NCBI RefSeq assembly: GCF_025526975.1
Contig: NW_026515690.1
Location: forward strand, 62,001-126,000
DNA from: Fimicolochytrium jonesii
Lineage: Eukaryota
DNA: 64,000 nt
Reading direction: 5' to 3'
The translations under genes and the position numbers were made by a program. Within the stretch, counting starts at the first letter, position 1, and each line of letters begins with the position of its first letter. This document shows positions 28,401-40,714 of the stretch, piece by piece. The notes below the pieces were generated by a model that worked only from the letters and a program-made list of their open reading frames with translations, did not search any database and was not told the origin of the DNA.

Positions 28401-29102
28401 TCGACAGGGATGAACGGGAACGCAACTTCAACGACGAGGGTTGATGGTAGAGGACTTCATCCGAGCCTGATGATTACCATAGTTTCCGTTAATCTTTGCA
28501 AATCGTCAGATCACGATGAGAATGACCGTTCGCTGGGCCCTCCATCAACCATCAACCATCATCAAGCACGTGGCATGTGTAGAAGACGTTCGCTGTCGCT
28601 AACACTAACAACGATGTGAGGGGAGTATTGCACCCTCACGCGCAACGTGGTGCTCGCTTCGCTCGCTGAGGCTCGCTAAGCGCCATGGTTACGGGAGTAT
28701 TGCGCCTTTAGCGCAATAGGGCTCGGGATCCTCAAGCATTCGTAGACCTGAAGCATCTCCTCGCTACGCTCCGCCTTACTCCGCTCGCACTGCGTACTCT
28801 CCGCTCGCGTTCCGCACCCCCTTCCATACCATAAGGCGGGTTATCGTCTGTCTCCTCCTCCTTCTCCTTGTTCTCATCGTCCTCCAGTATAGGAACCGAT
28901 ACTTTTGGTTGCTTTTCGCGGTGACGGGCCTTTACGACCTGCTTTATGAGCTTTTTCAGCTGGCGGTAGTCCACATATTGTGATCTCCATTCTACAATTG
29001 CAAGCGGAGTTGGTTATGAGTTTCGGATATTTGACGGGCGGACGTATCGCACTGGAACACACCAGGGACGCTGTTTTCTTCCAAGTACTTTGCGAACTTC
29101 AT
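25404..29102 (-). CDS. SYG1: SPX-EXS phosphate exporter (Syg1/XPR1/PHO1 family), many exons
   Basis: MKFAKYLEE...EWRSQYVDYRQLKKLIK (SPX), [68 protein letters not shown] (EXS). Confidence 0.93.
28600..28822 (-). repeat. Hairpin-rich repeat element, copy 1, in or overlapping the long SYG1 intron
   Basis: Contains the reverse complement of GCGAGCGAAGCGAGCAC (28650-28666) and hairpin TATTGCGC-CTTTA-GCGCAATA (28698-28718); collinear similarity to 63436-63625. Confidence 0.6.
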
Positions 29103-29616
29103 AGCTTCTCATGGGTAAAGGCGGTGGCTCCTCGAAGGATGATTAGCCTTCGAAGGGCGCCAACAGAGGTCGTGGGGGGCAATTGAGCAAGACAAGACAA
29201 GGCAGGCGGGATAGCTACTTTTCAAGCGACATGCCGTCCAGCTAGCTGTTGCGGAGTCTTATTATACGATCGTACCGCCTTTGGAGGAAAAGGCTCGAAT
29301 CCGTCACAGCGACTTTTCATACGAGCTCGATTGTGGAAGTTTCGATCAGGAACGTGTGGGGAAAACCGGTGGACGGGCGAGACGACGGTCGTGCTCCCGC
29401 TGGTTCGGCGCCCGGGTTGGGAGTGAGAACCGGCGGATGTCCATCGGTGAGTTGGGCACAAGAGTCACATGGCTCATGCTCGCCATCTCGCGCGTTCGTA
29501 ACCGCTTTCTCACAATGCTGTAATTTCGGGCCTTCCCGCTGCTTCCCGCTGCCCTTGCCCTTGCTGCTTCCCTTTTTGTCCCCGGCTGCATTTGGGTTTC
29601 CGCCAACCTCGCTCAA

Positions 29617-29641
29617 CCCCCCCCCCCCCCCCCCCCCCCCC
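29617..29641. repeat. Poly-C tract (25 nt) just upstream of the AAT start
   Basis: Direct reading of the sequence. Confidence 0.9.
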
Positions 29642-29689
29642 GCTCCCCATTTTCCCCCCCGCAGTCGGCACAGCCAACTCACTCACACA

Positions 29690-31078
29690 ATGCTCATCGC
29701 AAACGCAGCAACTCGCGCCGTGTCGTCGGTGGGATTCCGCGCTGTGCGAATCCCCGCCGCAAAGGTGGTGGTCGGCGCGCGCTTTGGATCTCTCTGGACG
29801 AACGTGACCATGGGTCCTCCCGACCCGATCCTGGGAGTCACCGAAGCCTTCAAGGCCGACAAGAACCCAAACAAGATGAACTTGGGCGTCGGAGCCTACC
29901 GTGACGACGCTGGTCGTCCCTATGTGTTGAGCTCCGTCCGCAAGGCCGAGAGGAGCATCCACGATCTCGCCCTCGACAAGGAATACATTCCAATCACCGG
30001 TGTGCCCGAGTACAACAAGCTCGCCGCTGAGCTTGCTTACGGAGATGCGGCGGTTCTGAAGGAAGGACGGGTCGCGACCGCTCAGTCCCTGTCTGGAACG
30101 GGTGCCTTGCGGTTGGGAGGAGAGTTCCTGGCGAGGTGGTACAAGGGCGCTGGCGGCAAGAAGATCTACCTGCCCACGCCAAGTTGGGGAAATCACACGC
30201 CCATCTTCCGTGACGCGGGTCTGGAGGTCAAGCAGTACACGTACTTTGACAAAAAGACCAACGGCCTGGACTTTGACGGCATGATCAAGGATCTGAAGAG
30301 CATCCCTGATGAGTCGGTCGTCCTGCTGCACGCCTGCGCCCACAACCCCACCGGTGTGGACCCCACGCCAGAGCAATGGAAGGAAATCTGCCACATCGTC
30401 AAGCAAAAGAAACACCTCCCCTTCTTCGACATGGCCTACCAAGGCTTCGCATCCGGCGACACATCCCGCGACGCGTTCGCCCTCCGCCACTTCGTCAAAG
30501 AAGGCCACCAAGTCCTCCTCGCGCAGTCCTTCGCCAAGAACATGGGCATGTACGGCGAGCGCGTCGGCCTCTTCTCCATCGTCACTGCCTCCGCCGAAGA
30601 AACCCGCCGCGTCGACTCCCAAGTCAAGATCCTCATCCGCCCCCTGTACTCCAGCCCACCACTCAGCGGCCCCCGCATCGTGAAACAGGTCCTGGCCGAC
30701 CCCACGCTCAGGACCGAGTGGCTCGCAGAAGTCAAGACCATGGCTGACCGGATCATCACCATGCGTGCGAGCTTGCGCGGACACTTGGAGAACACATACA
30801 AATCGCAGTTGCCTTGGGAGCACATTACGTCGCAGATTGGAATGTTTTGCTACTCGGGCTTGTCGCCGGAGCAGGTGGACAAGCTAAGGTCGCAGGCTTC
30901 CGTGTACCTTACGCGTGATGGCCGGATCTCGATTGCTGGTATCACGAGCAAGAATGTCGAGTACCTGGCAAAGTCGATTCATGACGTTACAATGATGGCC
31001 GGATCTCGATTGCTGGTATCACGAGCAAGAATGTCGAGTACCTGGCAAAGTCGATTCATGACGTTACAAAGTAGATAG
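29690..31078 (+). CDS. AAT1: Aspartate aminotransferase, mitochondrial (intronless; 3' end carries a 77-bp duplication)
   Basis: Presequence followed by [59 protein letters not shown]-lysine [22 protein letters not shown]. Confidence 0.97.
   Translation: MLIANAATRAVSSVGFRAVRIPAAKVVVGARFGSLWTNVTMGPPDPILGVTEAFKADKNPNKMNLGVGAYRDDAGRPYVLSSVRKAERSIHDLALDKEYIPITGVPEYNKLAAELAYGDAAVLKEGRVATAQSLSGTGALRLGGEFLARWYKGAGGKKIYLPTPSWGNHTPIFRDAGLEVKQYTYFDKKTNGLDFDGMIKDLKSIPDESVVLLHACAHNPTGVDPTPEQWKEICHIVKQKKHLPFFDMAYQGFASGDTSRDAFALRHFVKEGHQVLLAQSFAKNMGMYGERVGLFSIVTASAEETRRVDSQVKILIRPLYSSPPLSGPRIVKQVLADPTLRTEWLAEVKTMADRIITMRASLRGHLENTYKSQLPWEHITSQIGMFCYSGLSPEQVDKLRSQASVYLTRDGRISIAGITSKNVEYLAKSIHDVTMMAGSRLLVSRARMSSTWQSRFMTLQSR
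30916..31069 (+). repeat. Exact 77-bp tandem duplication
   Basis: TGATGGCCGGATC...GACGTTACAA occurs at 30916-30992 and again at 30993-31069. Confidence 0.95.
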
Positions 31079-31438
31079 GAAAGTTTATCCCTCCTGTTCG
31101 GTAGTCTAGATGTACGTTCGTGTATCTACAAGCAGGATTACGCCTACGGCTTGACTGAACACAGCGGGCGTAGAGTTCTTAGCGACCTTTTCTTTGCTCA
31201 TCATTGCGTCCCTTCCAATACATTTTGAATCCCGATCACTGCGATATTGGGCTTGCATTCGGGAATCTCTGTCACTAAATCTATCGACTGCACAGAACTA
31301 TATATATATAGTACTTTTGCGCCGGATTCAGGCGCGGTGACATCTCCCAAACTTTACGCCGCCAGCCCGATGAATGTGGTACCGGCATACAGCCATACGT
31401 TACGCCCCAAGCCGTAATCGAATAACCGTCGGCCACCC

Positions 31439-33353
31439 CTACGCGTCAAGAGTCTCCTTAATCCCCCCAATACAGATGTACTTGATTTCCATGTAGTCAT
31501 CCATCCCATATTTTGAACCCTCCCGCCCCAAGCCGGACTCCTTGATGCCTCCGAACGGAGCAACTTCCGTTGATACAATGCCTGTGTAAGCGAAGAGGTT
31601 AACGAAGTACGGGTACGGATGGCCCAAACTTCATGCTAGTGTCGCGACGGTGGTGACTTCTTACCCTCGTTGACGCCGACGATACCGTATTCGAGCGCCT
31701 CGGATAGCCGGAAGATCCGGCCGGCGTCTTTTGTGTAGAAGTAGGCTGCTAGGCCGAACGGGGTGTCGTTGGCCGCCTTTGTTACTGTCGTGCGTACGCG
31801 GGTTAGATTTGTTGAGCAGAGTTCCAGTGGGTTAGCAGCAAATAGAACCAACCTTCAGACTCCGTCTCGAACCGGATCAACCCCGCAACCGGCCCAAACG
31901 TCTCCTCCCTCGCCAACAACATCTCGTTCGTGACGCCCGTCAAAACCGTCGGCTCATAAAAGTTGCCTCCAAGCCCATGCGGTTTCCCGCCCAACAACAC
32001 CTTCGCGCCCTTCCCCACCGCATCCTCTACATGCCTCACGACCTTATCGAACGCGTCGGAGGTGATCAATGGTCCGAATTGGTTGCCGGGCTCCAACCCG
32101 TGTCCGACCTCCATCTCGCGGATCTTGGCGCTGAGCTTGGCGGCGAAGGTGTCGTAGATTTTGGAGTGGACGAAGACGCGGTTGGCACAGACGCATGTTT
32201 GGCCTGTGTTGCGGAATTTGGAGGCGATGCAGCCTGTTACGGCGGCGTCGATGTCTGCATCGTCTGGTGGGAGCTGGGTCAGTCGATTTTTAGCACACAT
32301 CTGCGGTACGGGGGGGGTCATACTGTGCTAACCAAAAACGATGAACGGTGCGTTCCCTCCGAGTTCCATGGACACCTTCTTCATGGTGCTCGCCGCTTGT
32401 TTCGACAGCAGCTTTCCGACCGCAGTCTGCGGGGGGTGGACATTCCGTAAGTGCTGTATACATGCATACCACCATCAGCGACAAGCCTCCACCTTACCGA
32501 TCCAGTGAAGGTAATCTTCCTTACGAGCGCATTCTCCGTCATCTCATTCCCAATCCTCTTCGCACTGCCCTTAGACGCCGTCACAACATTGAATACGCCG
32601 GGCGGCAGACCCGCCTCCTCGCCCAGATACGCCATCGCCAGCGCCGACAACGGCGTCTCAGCACTCGGTTTCACAATAATCGAGCAGCCGGCAGCGATCG
32701 CGGGCGCCACCTTCCTCGCAATCATCGCGTTCGGGAAATTCCACGGCGTAATGGCCGCCACGACCCCCACCGGCTGCTTGATCGCCAACAACCTCCTCCC
32801 CTTCGCGTTCTCGGGGATGACGTCCCCGTACGCCCTCGACGCCTCTTCCGCGAACCATCTTAGAAACGATGACCCATACGCGACCTCGCCCATCGACTCC
32901 GCCAGCGGCTTGCCACACTCGATCGTCATGATCTTGGCGAGGTCAGACTGGTTGTGCATGCAGAGCTGGTACCATTTATGGAGCACGGTGGCGCGCTCGC
33001 GGGCTGTTTTGCGTGCCCAGTGCTTTTGGGCGGTGTGGGCGAGGGATATGGCTTGTTTGACGTCGGGGGTGTCCATGTCCGGGACCGACGCGACGGGTTT
33101 GAGGTGTGCCGGGTCGATCACGGAGTAGGTGTCGCCTGATTGAGCTTTGATCCAGCGGCCGCCGATGACGGCGCTATTCCGGAGGAGGTCGGGCTGGGGA
33201 GAGGGTTAGAGTATAGCTTGAGAGGACTGTAAGATGACATCCAGTACATACTCGCTTCAGACTGCTCAGGCCACTGGATGAGGTGGCATATTGACGGCGT
33301 GCGAGGCATCGAGCGGACACCAGAGGTAACTGACGTGTGAATGTACCCGACAT
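31439..33353 (-). CDS. UGA2: Succinate-semialdehyde dehydrogenase, mitochondrial (ALDH5 family)
   Basis: Presequence [92 protein letters not shown]. Confidence 0.93.
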
Positions 33354-33710
33354 CGTTTGCGGCTTGCGAGCGGCTGCGGAAGATGGATGTCAAAAGACGT
33401 AGAGGCAGCTGCTGCAAATGGAGCCTTGGGCTCTGAAGCGAGAATAGAAGCGACAGCCGACGCGCGACCTACAGTATCTGCATCCCGTCATGATCCCGTC
33501 ACCACCTTTGACGCGCAAGCCTCGTTCGGCTATAGACATGGGCGGGCCACACCAGTACGTACTGTATGTACTGTACATATTTTCTCTTTTCAGGTATGCC
33601 AAACAGCCATCGGATTCCCAAATATAATAGTAAATAGAAGAGAAATCCCCCATATGTACAAGAAACCCCCAACTCGCGGTCCAGGTTCGTAGCCTCGCCC
33701 CCACCCTCAC

Positions 33711-35704
33711 TCACACCACAACCCCATCCCCCTCCTCACCCTCCCCCAACACACACTCATCATGTATAGCCCTCAACGCCACATCCGCACTCTCCTCCTC
33801 AATCACACAGCTGATATTGATCTCACTAGCCCCCTGCGAGATCATCTCGATGTTGACCGAGTGCCGCGCGAGGGTGCGGAACATGAGGCCCGCGACGCCG
33901 ACCATGTTGCGCATTTGGCGCCCGACGAGGGAGAGAATGGCCATGTTGCGGATTACGTCCACCTAGGAAGAATCACATAGGGATATGTGGGTGAGCCGGG
34001 CAAACAAACACAGACAGACACACGAAACAGGCAGAGGGCAACTTACCGTCCCATAAGTCCTCAACTCAGCCAACGCCTTCCCCAACCGCTCCTCATTCAC
34101 ATTCCCACCAAGCGCCATAGAGACATGCACCTGCGACGTAGATATCAAATCGACGACGACTCCGTGACGGTCAAGCGCGAGGAAGATATGCGCGAAAAAG
34201 CCGTGCGCGACCGATTTACGGTTAGAGTGGACGTTGAGGACGATCGCGTTTTCTTTAATTGTTACTGCTGTCGGGCGTTTCGGTGATGGTGATGATGAGG
34301 AGGTGGAGGAGTTTTGCGGGGCGTCCCGGGGTAGACGTGTGCCGTTGGGGGTGACGACCTCGATCGCGTCCGAGTGTTGTGGGTGGCGCCACCCATCCGG
34401 TACAATCACCGTGCCGTTGCCGTCGGGCTTGAACGCGTTCTTGATGCGGATGGGGATGCTGGCGCGGATAACCTGCTCCATGGTGAAAGGGTGGATGACC
34501 TCGCTTCCATAGTAGGTGAGCTCGGCGGCTTCTTCGGGGGATATGCTGGGCAGCAGTCTCGCTCGGGGCGCTTTCCGCGGGTCGGCGGTGAAGATGCCGT
34601 CCACCTCTTTCCATATCTGCAATTCGCGCGCTTTGAGGGCGACTGCGACGAGGGCCGCGGTCAGGTCCGTGTACCCGCGGCCGATGGTGGAGAGGATACC
34701 CCCGGGGACAGGGCCGAGGTAGCCTGTGACGACAGGGATCTGCTGTGGGGTGAAGGCGGCAAAAATGGTGGAAAGCCGCTGCACGAGGTAGTCGTAGAAG
34801 GACTGGTCGATGCGTTTCTCGTCAAATTTGGCGTCGATGAGTTTTGAGAGATCGACGTAGACGGCGTTGTGGCCTTGGGATTGGAGGAGGGCGGTGAAGA
34901 TGCGGGCGGAGAGCTTCTCGCCTGTGCTAATGATTACGTCGCGGGATCGGGGCGATATTTCGTCGATTACTTCGGCTGCGGCCATGAAGGAGCGTAGCCG
35001 CTGGCATTCGGCGCGGATGTCTGCTTCTGCCGATGCTTGAATGGGGCCAATGTTCTCGGATGAGACGCTGCTGCCCTGTTGTATAGACTTGCGGATGGTT
35101 TCTAGATGTCCTTCCTCCACAATGTCGATGATGTCCAGATACCGCTGCGAGTTGGGCTTCAGCACCTCCGTCACTGCTTCCAGTAGTCTAGAATGAAGGG
35201 AGTGTGTGAGTGATGTGTTGAATATGAACCTTGCTGCCCGACTGTTGAGAGAGCGGCATTCTACTTTGATCCTCGTTTGGTAAGCGGTAGAAGCGGGAAG
35301 GATGTTCCTCCACCGAGAACTCTCGTAAACTCCAATCCTCGCTGACGCTCGTGGCTTCGACGCAAAGTCGCTGACAGTCGCTCGCCAATCCTCCAGCATT
35401 CTCCCCACGTAGTTGCGCCACCATTCCCTCTTGCCTCTCTCGTTCCCTACCCACCTGCTTGTAGTCCCCTCAGACTTTTTCTGACTGCTCATAGCCGATA
35501 ATACAACAACGACCCTATTCTGCAGCACGCTCCCCCTGAAAAGAACAATGAGCGTGAGCATTCACATTCGTTTGACAAAATCGCAATTACTCCCACTCCC
35601 ACCTACCTGACGATATTCGCAACCTGAAGCATGCGTTCCGCGTTCCCAACACTAGTCCCGCCATACTTCTGCACGACGAGCGGGAGGAGTGCGTCGGCTG
35701 CCAT
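33711..35704 (-). CDS. HOM3: Aspartokinase with two ACT domains
   Basis: VVQKYGGTSVG, VVLSAMS, GEKLSA, IGRGYTDLTAAL, IWKEVDGIFTADPR, AAELTYYGSEVIHP, NIEMISQGASEINISCVI. Confidence 0.96.
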
Positions 35705-36371
35705 TGCTTTGCTTTTGCAGACTTGTCGGCGGTCTTGGAGAGTGCGGTGGTATATGCGATAGAGTCTTCTCTATTGTTATTCTATAACCTGCGGAGAGTG
35801 CAGGGTCTATAATATGTATGCCGTCTTTTCGTAGCGGAGGTGTCGATGCCCTGAGCCTGTCTGTCTGTATATGTATATGTATTCAAGGTGGCCAGGCCCT
35901 TCTGAATAATACAGGCAGGAGTTTGACGCGTTGGGGCCTCCTCGCTCAGCCATGGAGGGGCCCCCGAGGCATATGCCAGTGAGTCAGTACTTATCAAGCA
36001 AGAATCAGAGATCGCGACATCTCCCCTCACTTATCAAGCAAAAACAACCACAGCAATTCACGTGTATAAATTTAAGGGAATCAAAGACCCGTACCGACTC
36101 AGTACGTACACACAAACACCGGACGGCCGCCAGCCAACGGCGGAGAGCAGAAACCCGGCTTACTGCGTTTGAGAGAAAGATGCTGCTCCACTCGGCCCCA
36201 GTGCTCACCCCTCCCTAAGACATGTTTGGTTTGGCCGACATCTATCCCACATCATCTCCCTTCCTGGGCGGACCGCCACATCCTCTCCCACCTCCTCTAA
36301 ATTTCCCAAACTAATCCCTCCCCCAACACCTCCCTCCTTCCTAAAATTACCCACCATCCCTAACCCACATC

Positions 36372-37567
36372 TTAAATCCGCGAAACAACACTCTCATAAG
36401 TTGGCACCATGTACTTGATGTTGATGAACGCATCCTCGCCACCGGTGACCTCAAACTTTTCGAGCGTTTCCTGGATGAGGTCACCGATGTTTTCGCGTTT
36501 TTGTTGCGAGTAGTAGATTCCGTCTCCAAGGTTCACTGATGGGAGATAGAGAGGGAGGGGGGTTAGTGGGATGTGTCAATTTGCGCGGGTGGTGTTGTCC
36601 GTCAGTCGGTCTGCACCATGTAGTGTCCCCCCACTGCAGGATGAACACCTCCCCAATACTCTCACCAAAACTCACCATTCTTATTCTTGAACAGATTGAA
36701 GATGGGCAAAATCTGCCTGTAATACGGCACGAGCGCTTCGCCGACCATCTCCGCCGACTCAACAAGGTGCTGCAGCACTTTCAGCGTGGTCGTAATGACA
36801 TGGATGTTGCGTGTGTTCAATGCCTCTAAAAAGAAGGTCACAGATAAAAATATCCGTAAGCAAATGCATCCCACCCGCTTTCCCCCGTCTGTTCGCCCCC
36901 GAACCTACTCTTGATAGGAATGATCAACTGCGGCACAACCGGCAACACCTTATTCCCCCCTTTGTCCAAAAGATCATGAATGCCCTGCCTCGCCAAGAAT
37001 GCATACGGCTCCTCGGTCTCGCAGAGGCCGGAGAAGAAGAGCGGCAGGTAGTGGTGGTAGTCGAGCTTGTCGATGTCGACTTTCCAGTTGATTTTATTGC
37101 CGTTGGGGGAGTGGTTGACTGCGATGGGAAAGTCGCCGCGGTCGTAGAGTTTGCGGAAGCCTAGATGTCAGATTGTGCGCGGTTAGGATGGTGGGCAGTG
37201 AGATAGCATAACGGTGATGATGAGGCAGCTACTTACTGGTAACATCCCGCCTCTCACTCCCACCCCCCGAAAACGGATCCCCCTTCTTCACGCGCTCTCC
37301 TCCTCCCAACTTTGCCCCTCCATGCCCTCCACCATTCTTCACCCCGGCCCCTTCATCCGCCCCGCTCCTCGCATGAAAAGCCCCAGCCTTCGGCGGCGAC
37401 GTGCCGCGCGCTGCAAAGAAGCCGCCGGCCGGGGACGTGGTGGTGGTCGTTGTGGATGTGGTGGTGCGTTTGTGGGCGCGTTCGTGGGAGGGGTGGGTCG
37501 CGGGGTGGGCGGATTTGGGGGAGAAGTCTTGGGCGTACGGAGTCGGGAGGGTAGGTGGTTGGCGCAT
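36372..37567 (-). CDS. PACRG: Parkin co-regulated gene protein (axonemal inner-junction protein)
   Basis: [14 protein letters not shown]...[27 protein letters not shown]...[42 protein letters not shown]. Confidence 0.93.
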
Positions 37568-38382
37568 TTTAGCGAATGTGGACTGTGTATGTGTGTCCGG
37601 TGTCGAGAGTTGGTCTCGCTACTTCGCTGCGTAACCCGGACTACCGAACAGGTCCCAACTCAAACGTTCAGTCGTCGTGCGCGGGTGAATGGTGCTTTTA
37701 TTTATATCTCCTGTTTCGATGCTTCGGGACGATACGTTCAGAGAACGAGTATCAAAGTCGTCTCGTCTCGTCTGTCCTGCTCACTCCTCGTCCGTCTCGT
37801 CCACGCCTGTCGCTGGTTGTGGGGGCGGTGTGTGTAATGAGTCGCTCGCTGATGATGATGTGATGGGGAACTCGGCGATACGAAAACGGAAGATGCTCGT
37901 TGTTTTCTATTTTGCTTACGCGTGTTTTTTGGACGGTGGACGGATACTTTGAATGGTTTTGTTCATGCCCTTGGATTTGGATTTGGTAAGCGGGAAAAGG
38001 CGGCCTGGGCCTGTACTGTACAGGGCGACATCTATACTAACGGTGCTGTAGTAGTGCCTGGAAACGCCTTCTACGGGCCATATGTCGGACTTGGACTTGG
38101 AGTGACGGGAATCAACAGCGCGGGGGGCTCGGTTACGTAAGTGTGGCTGGGGCACTCGCGTCTAATGCCACGGTAAGGGATCTGGTGGTTAGGACAACGA
38201 AACTTGCTAGTATAGTATTCCTATTTCCGCCAATACAAATCGCCAAAAAAAAAACCCGCAACAAAAGTGGGATGCAGATTACCCAGAAAGACATAGAAAC
38301 CATGCAACAACCGCCCAATCCCCTGATGCGCAAGAATCAGAACCACCCCGCCATCTTTTGCTCAACCAACCGCATCGGCACA

Positions 38383-39873
38383 TCAATGGCTCACTTTATC
38401 CACCTCCGCCTTGGCTTCCTGCCACGCCCGAGCCCCCCTATGAAAAAACTCCCGCTGCGCCTGCGCATAGCCCAACAGCATGTTCCTCAGATCCTTCAAC
38501 TTGTCCAACTGGAACCGATCCAGATCCTTCTGTATCTCCTCATTCGCGCCCTCCAGCTCGGCGCGGCATATCTCCCGTTGTTGCGCTATCGTCGCAATCT
38601 GGTCTTTTGTTCGCGAGATGTTGTTCCGGCGTGTCAGAGCGGGGTCGTTGTCGATGAGGGAATTCAGAGTAGCCATGATGCCGCCACCGGTGCTGTTCCG
38701 TCGTACGTGGCCCGTGGCGCCCTCGGCGCGGAGGACGGCGGAGAGCCGCTGAGCCTCGGCTTCGGAAGCTTCGAGTTTCTGTAAACTGGCTTGTTTGCTG
38801 ATCAAGCTGTCTGAAAGGGTTTCGTACTCAACGTGTTTCTTGCGTCGCCATTTGAGAAGCTTGTCAACTGCTTTGGAGTACTGTATGTATTCCTGCAGCA
38901 ATGCGCCAAAGGTGGCATCAAGGCCTTGCGCTAGTTGAGAAGTCGCGCTGACCGTCGAATCCACTGCCTGCCCAACTTGCTCGATCGCGTGGGCTAGCTG
39001 GTTCTCGGACAGTGACCAGCCGTTGTACGCGGCGCCCAAGTCAGCATACGTCGCAGACATGTCAATCTCCGTCTTTAGCATACTCCGATGCACAGCGTGT
39101 GAGTGAGAGACTTGTGATGCGAATCGCGCGGTATAGTCCTCTGCCGCGGTGAAGTGCGGGTCGGGTCTCCTCAGATGACCTTTATCGCTTACTTTCACAG
39201 CCGTGTCCTTCTTCTTCAGGTAGTGGCTCAAACCCGACGCACCCAGAATCTCAGACCACGGCGCCTCCCCTTCCAAGAACCGATGAAAGACATGCTCCTC
39301 ACGTAGTACGGGATGAGCCGCTACGCGATTCAGGAACGACTGAAGCATGCGTTTCCGAACTTCGATGATGTGCGGATCTTCCTTTGCCTTGTTCGGCTTG
39401 GTTGCGTAATCCGCAACCGAGTGCTTTGCTGGAATGGGCGGCACAACGGATGTCGGATGGAGTTTCGTCAGAAACTTTCGAAACCCTTCAAACTCGGAAT
39501 AACGGTGATTGGCTTGATACCGCGGCAAACCACCGGGGAAGTTGGTCACTATGTGGTACGTGATGTACGGCGTAGATGAGTGGTCCGTGCTTTTTCGAGC
39601 CTCGACAATTGTGATTATCGGATTGTTGGAGTCTGCGTCAGAGGAAGTCAACAGTGGTAGGAACGCACTCGGTGGATGTGCGTGGAGGGCGCCATCTAAT
39701 TTGCAGCAGGGGCCAACTTTCTTTCGCTGTTCTTCTTGACGGCCGAAGAGGTTGGCGGGGTCGAGAGAGGGGGATGGCTCCGTTGTAGGCTGGCGGGAGC
39801 GGGTTCCCTCTTCGTTGGGGGCTGCCGAAGTGAACTCCGCAGGGACCTCGCCGTTCTGCGAGTCATCGTCCAT
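38383..39873 (-). CDS. PX-BAR sorting nexin (Snx4/Snx41/Atg20 group)
   Basis: PX motifs YITYHI, HRYSEFEGFRKFL, VVPPIPAK, RKRMLQSFLNRVAAHPVL; C-terminal BAR coiled coil. Confidence 0.9.
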   Translation of the reverse strand: MDDDSQNGEVPAEFTSAAPNEEGTRSRQPTTEPSPSLDPANLFGRQEEQRKKVGPCCKLDGALHAHPPSAFLPLLTSSDADSNNPIITIVEARKSTDHSSTPYITYHIVTNFPGGLPRYQANHRYSEFEGFRKFLTKLHPTSVVPPIPAKHSVADYATKPNKAKEDPHIIEVRKRMLQSFLNRVAAHPVLREEHVFHRFLEGEAPWSEILGASGLSHYLKKKDTAVKVSDKGHLRRPDPHFTAAEDYTARFASQVSHSHAVHRSMLKTEIDMSATYADLGAAYNGWSLSENQLAHAIEQVGQAVDSTVSATSQLAQGLDATFGALLQEYIQYSKAVDKLLKWRRKKHVEYETLSDSLISKQASLQKLEASEAEAQRLSAVLRAEGATGHVRRNSTGGGIMATLNSLIDNDPALTRRNNISRTKDQIATIAQQREICRAELEGANEEIQKDLDRFQLDKLKDLRNMLLGYAQAQREFFHRGARAWQEAKAEVDKVSH

Positions 39874-40714
39874 GGTTTCTGGTAGTTCCTTGAGCGCGGC
39901 GGTATGAGGAGGTTGAGACCCGGTTTATCCTGCGATTGTGTTGTCAATACAGGACTACACGATAGAGAAAAGCTGGGTAGAGGCGACGAAGACTCTATTT
40001 GATATGCAGCGGGAGTGCAAGGTGGGTGTATTTTGGGATGGGATGGAGATGGGCCGGAGTGGAGTTGGGACGCCCGAGCCAACTTCGCTGCCAAGCCCCA
40101 ATGCCCAACGTCATGGCGTGTTGCAGGGCGTGTTGTGGAGAAGGACAAAACCCTCCGAAACGTTCATCTCCTTTTGACACTTGACTTTGCAAACGCTTTT
40201 CCCAGGACTTCCCACCAGGCAAGTCTCCAATATACAAGGTGAGACTGGCTGGCAAAAATACCGACCCACAGCGCGTACGGACCGTTACCGCCCTGGTTCC
40301 CTTCAGACGTCAATTCTCCAAAAGATACGAAGACTATCGCCCACATTGCGAGGCGAGGCACTCCAGCGTCGTCCCAGAACTAGTCTCGACGTTGTTGAGG
40401 GTTGGCAGGATAGTGAGTGGGCATTCCGGGGCGTTTGAAAACGTATGGGACCTGCCCAGGCCACGGCCTGCCCCACTCCAGGTCTGGTAGTCCAAGCGGA
40501 ATGGACATGGTTAGAGCCAGGCCTGGGTGAGGCAAGGAAGTGAAAGATCGAGAGTTCGGAATGACACGGGAGGGGGTTTCCGGTGCTACTGGTCATCAAC
40601 GAGAAGAGGGAGATCAGCGGATGTCGCAGAACCTTGATTCGCAGTTCTCCTGATCCTTCACCGACTGTTTTTAGGTTGAACACTTGAGACTAGGCTGCCT
40701 GGCTTTCGACCACC

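Noticed and set aside
29510..30823. 437-aa minus-strand ORF
   Set aside because: Antisense shadow of the codon-biased AAT1 gene; no independent motifs.
37922..38140. Small ORF containing GFGFGKR as a possible peptide precursor
   Set aside because: No ATG start, no signal peptide and no repeats.
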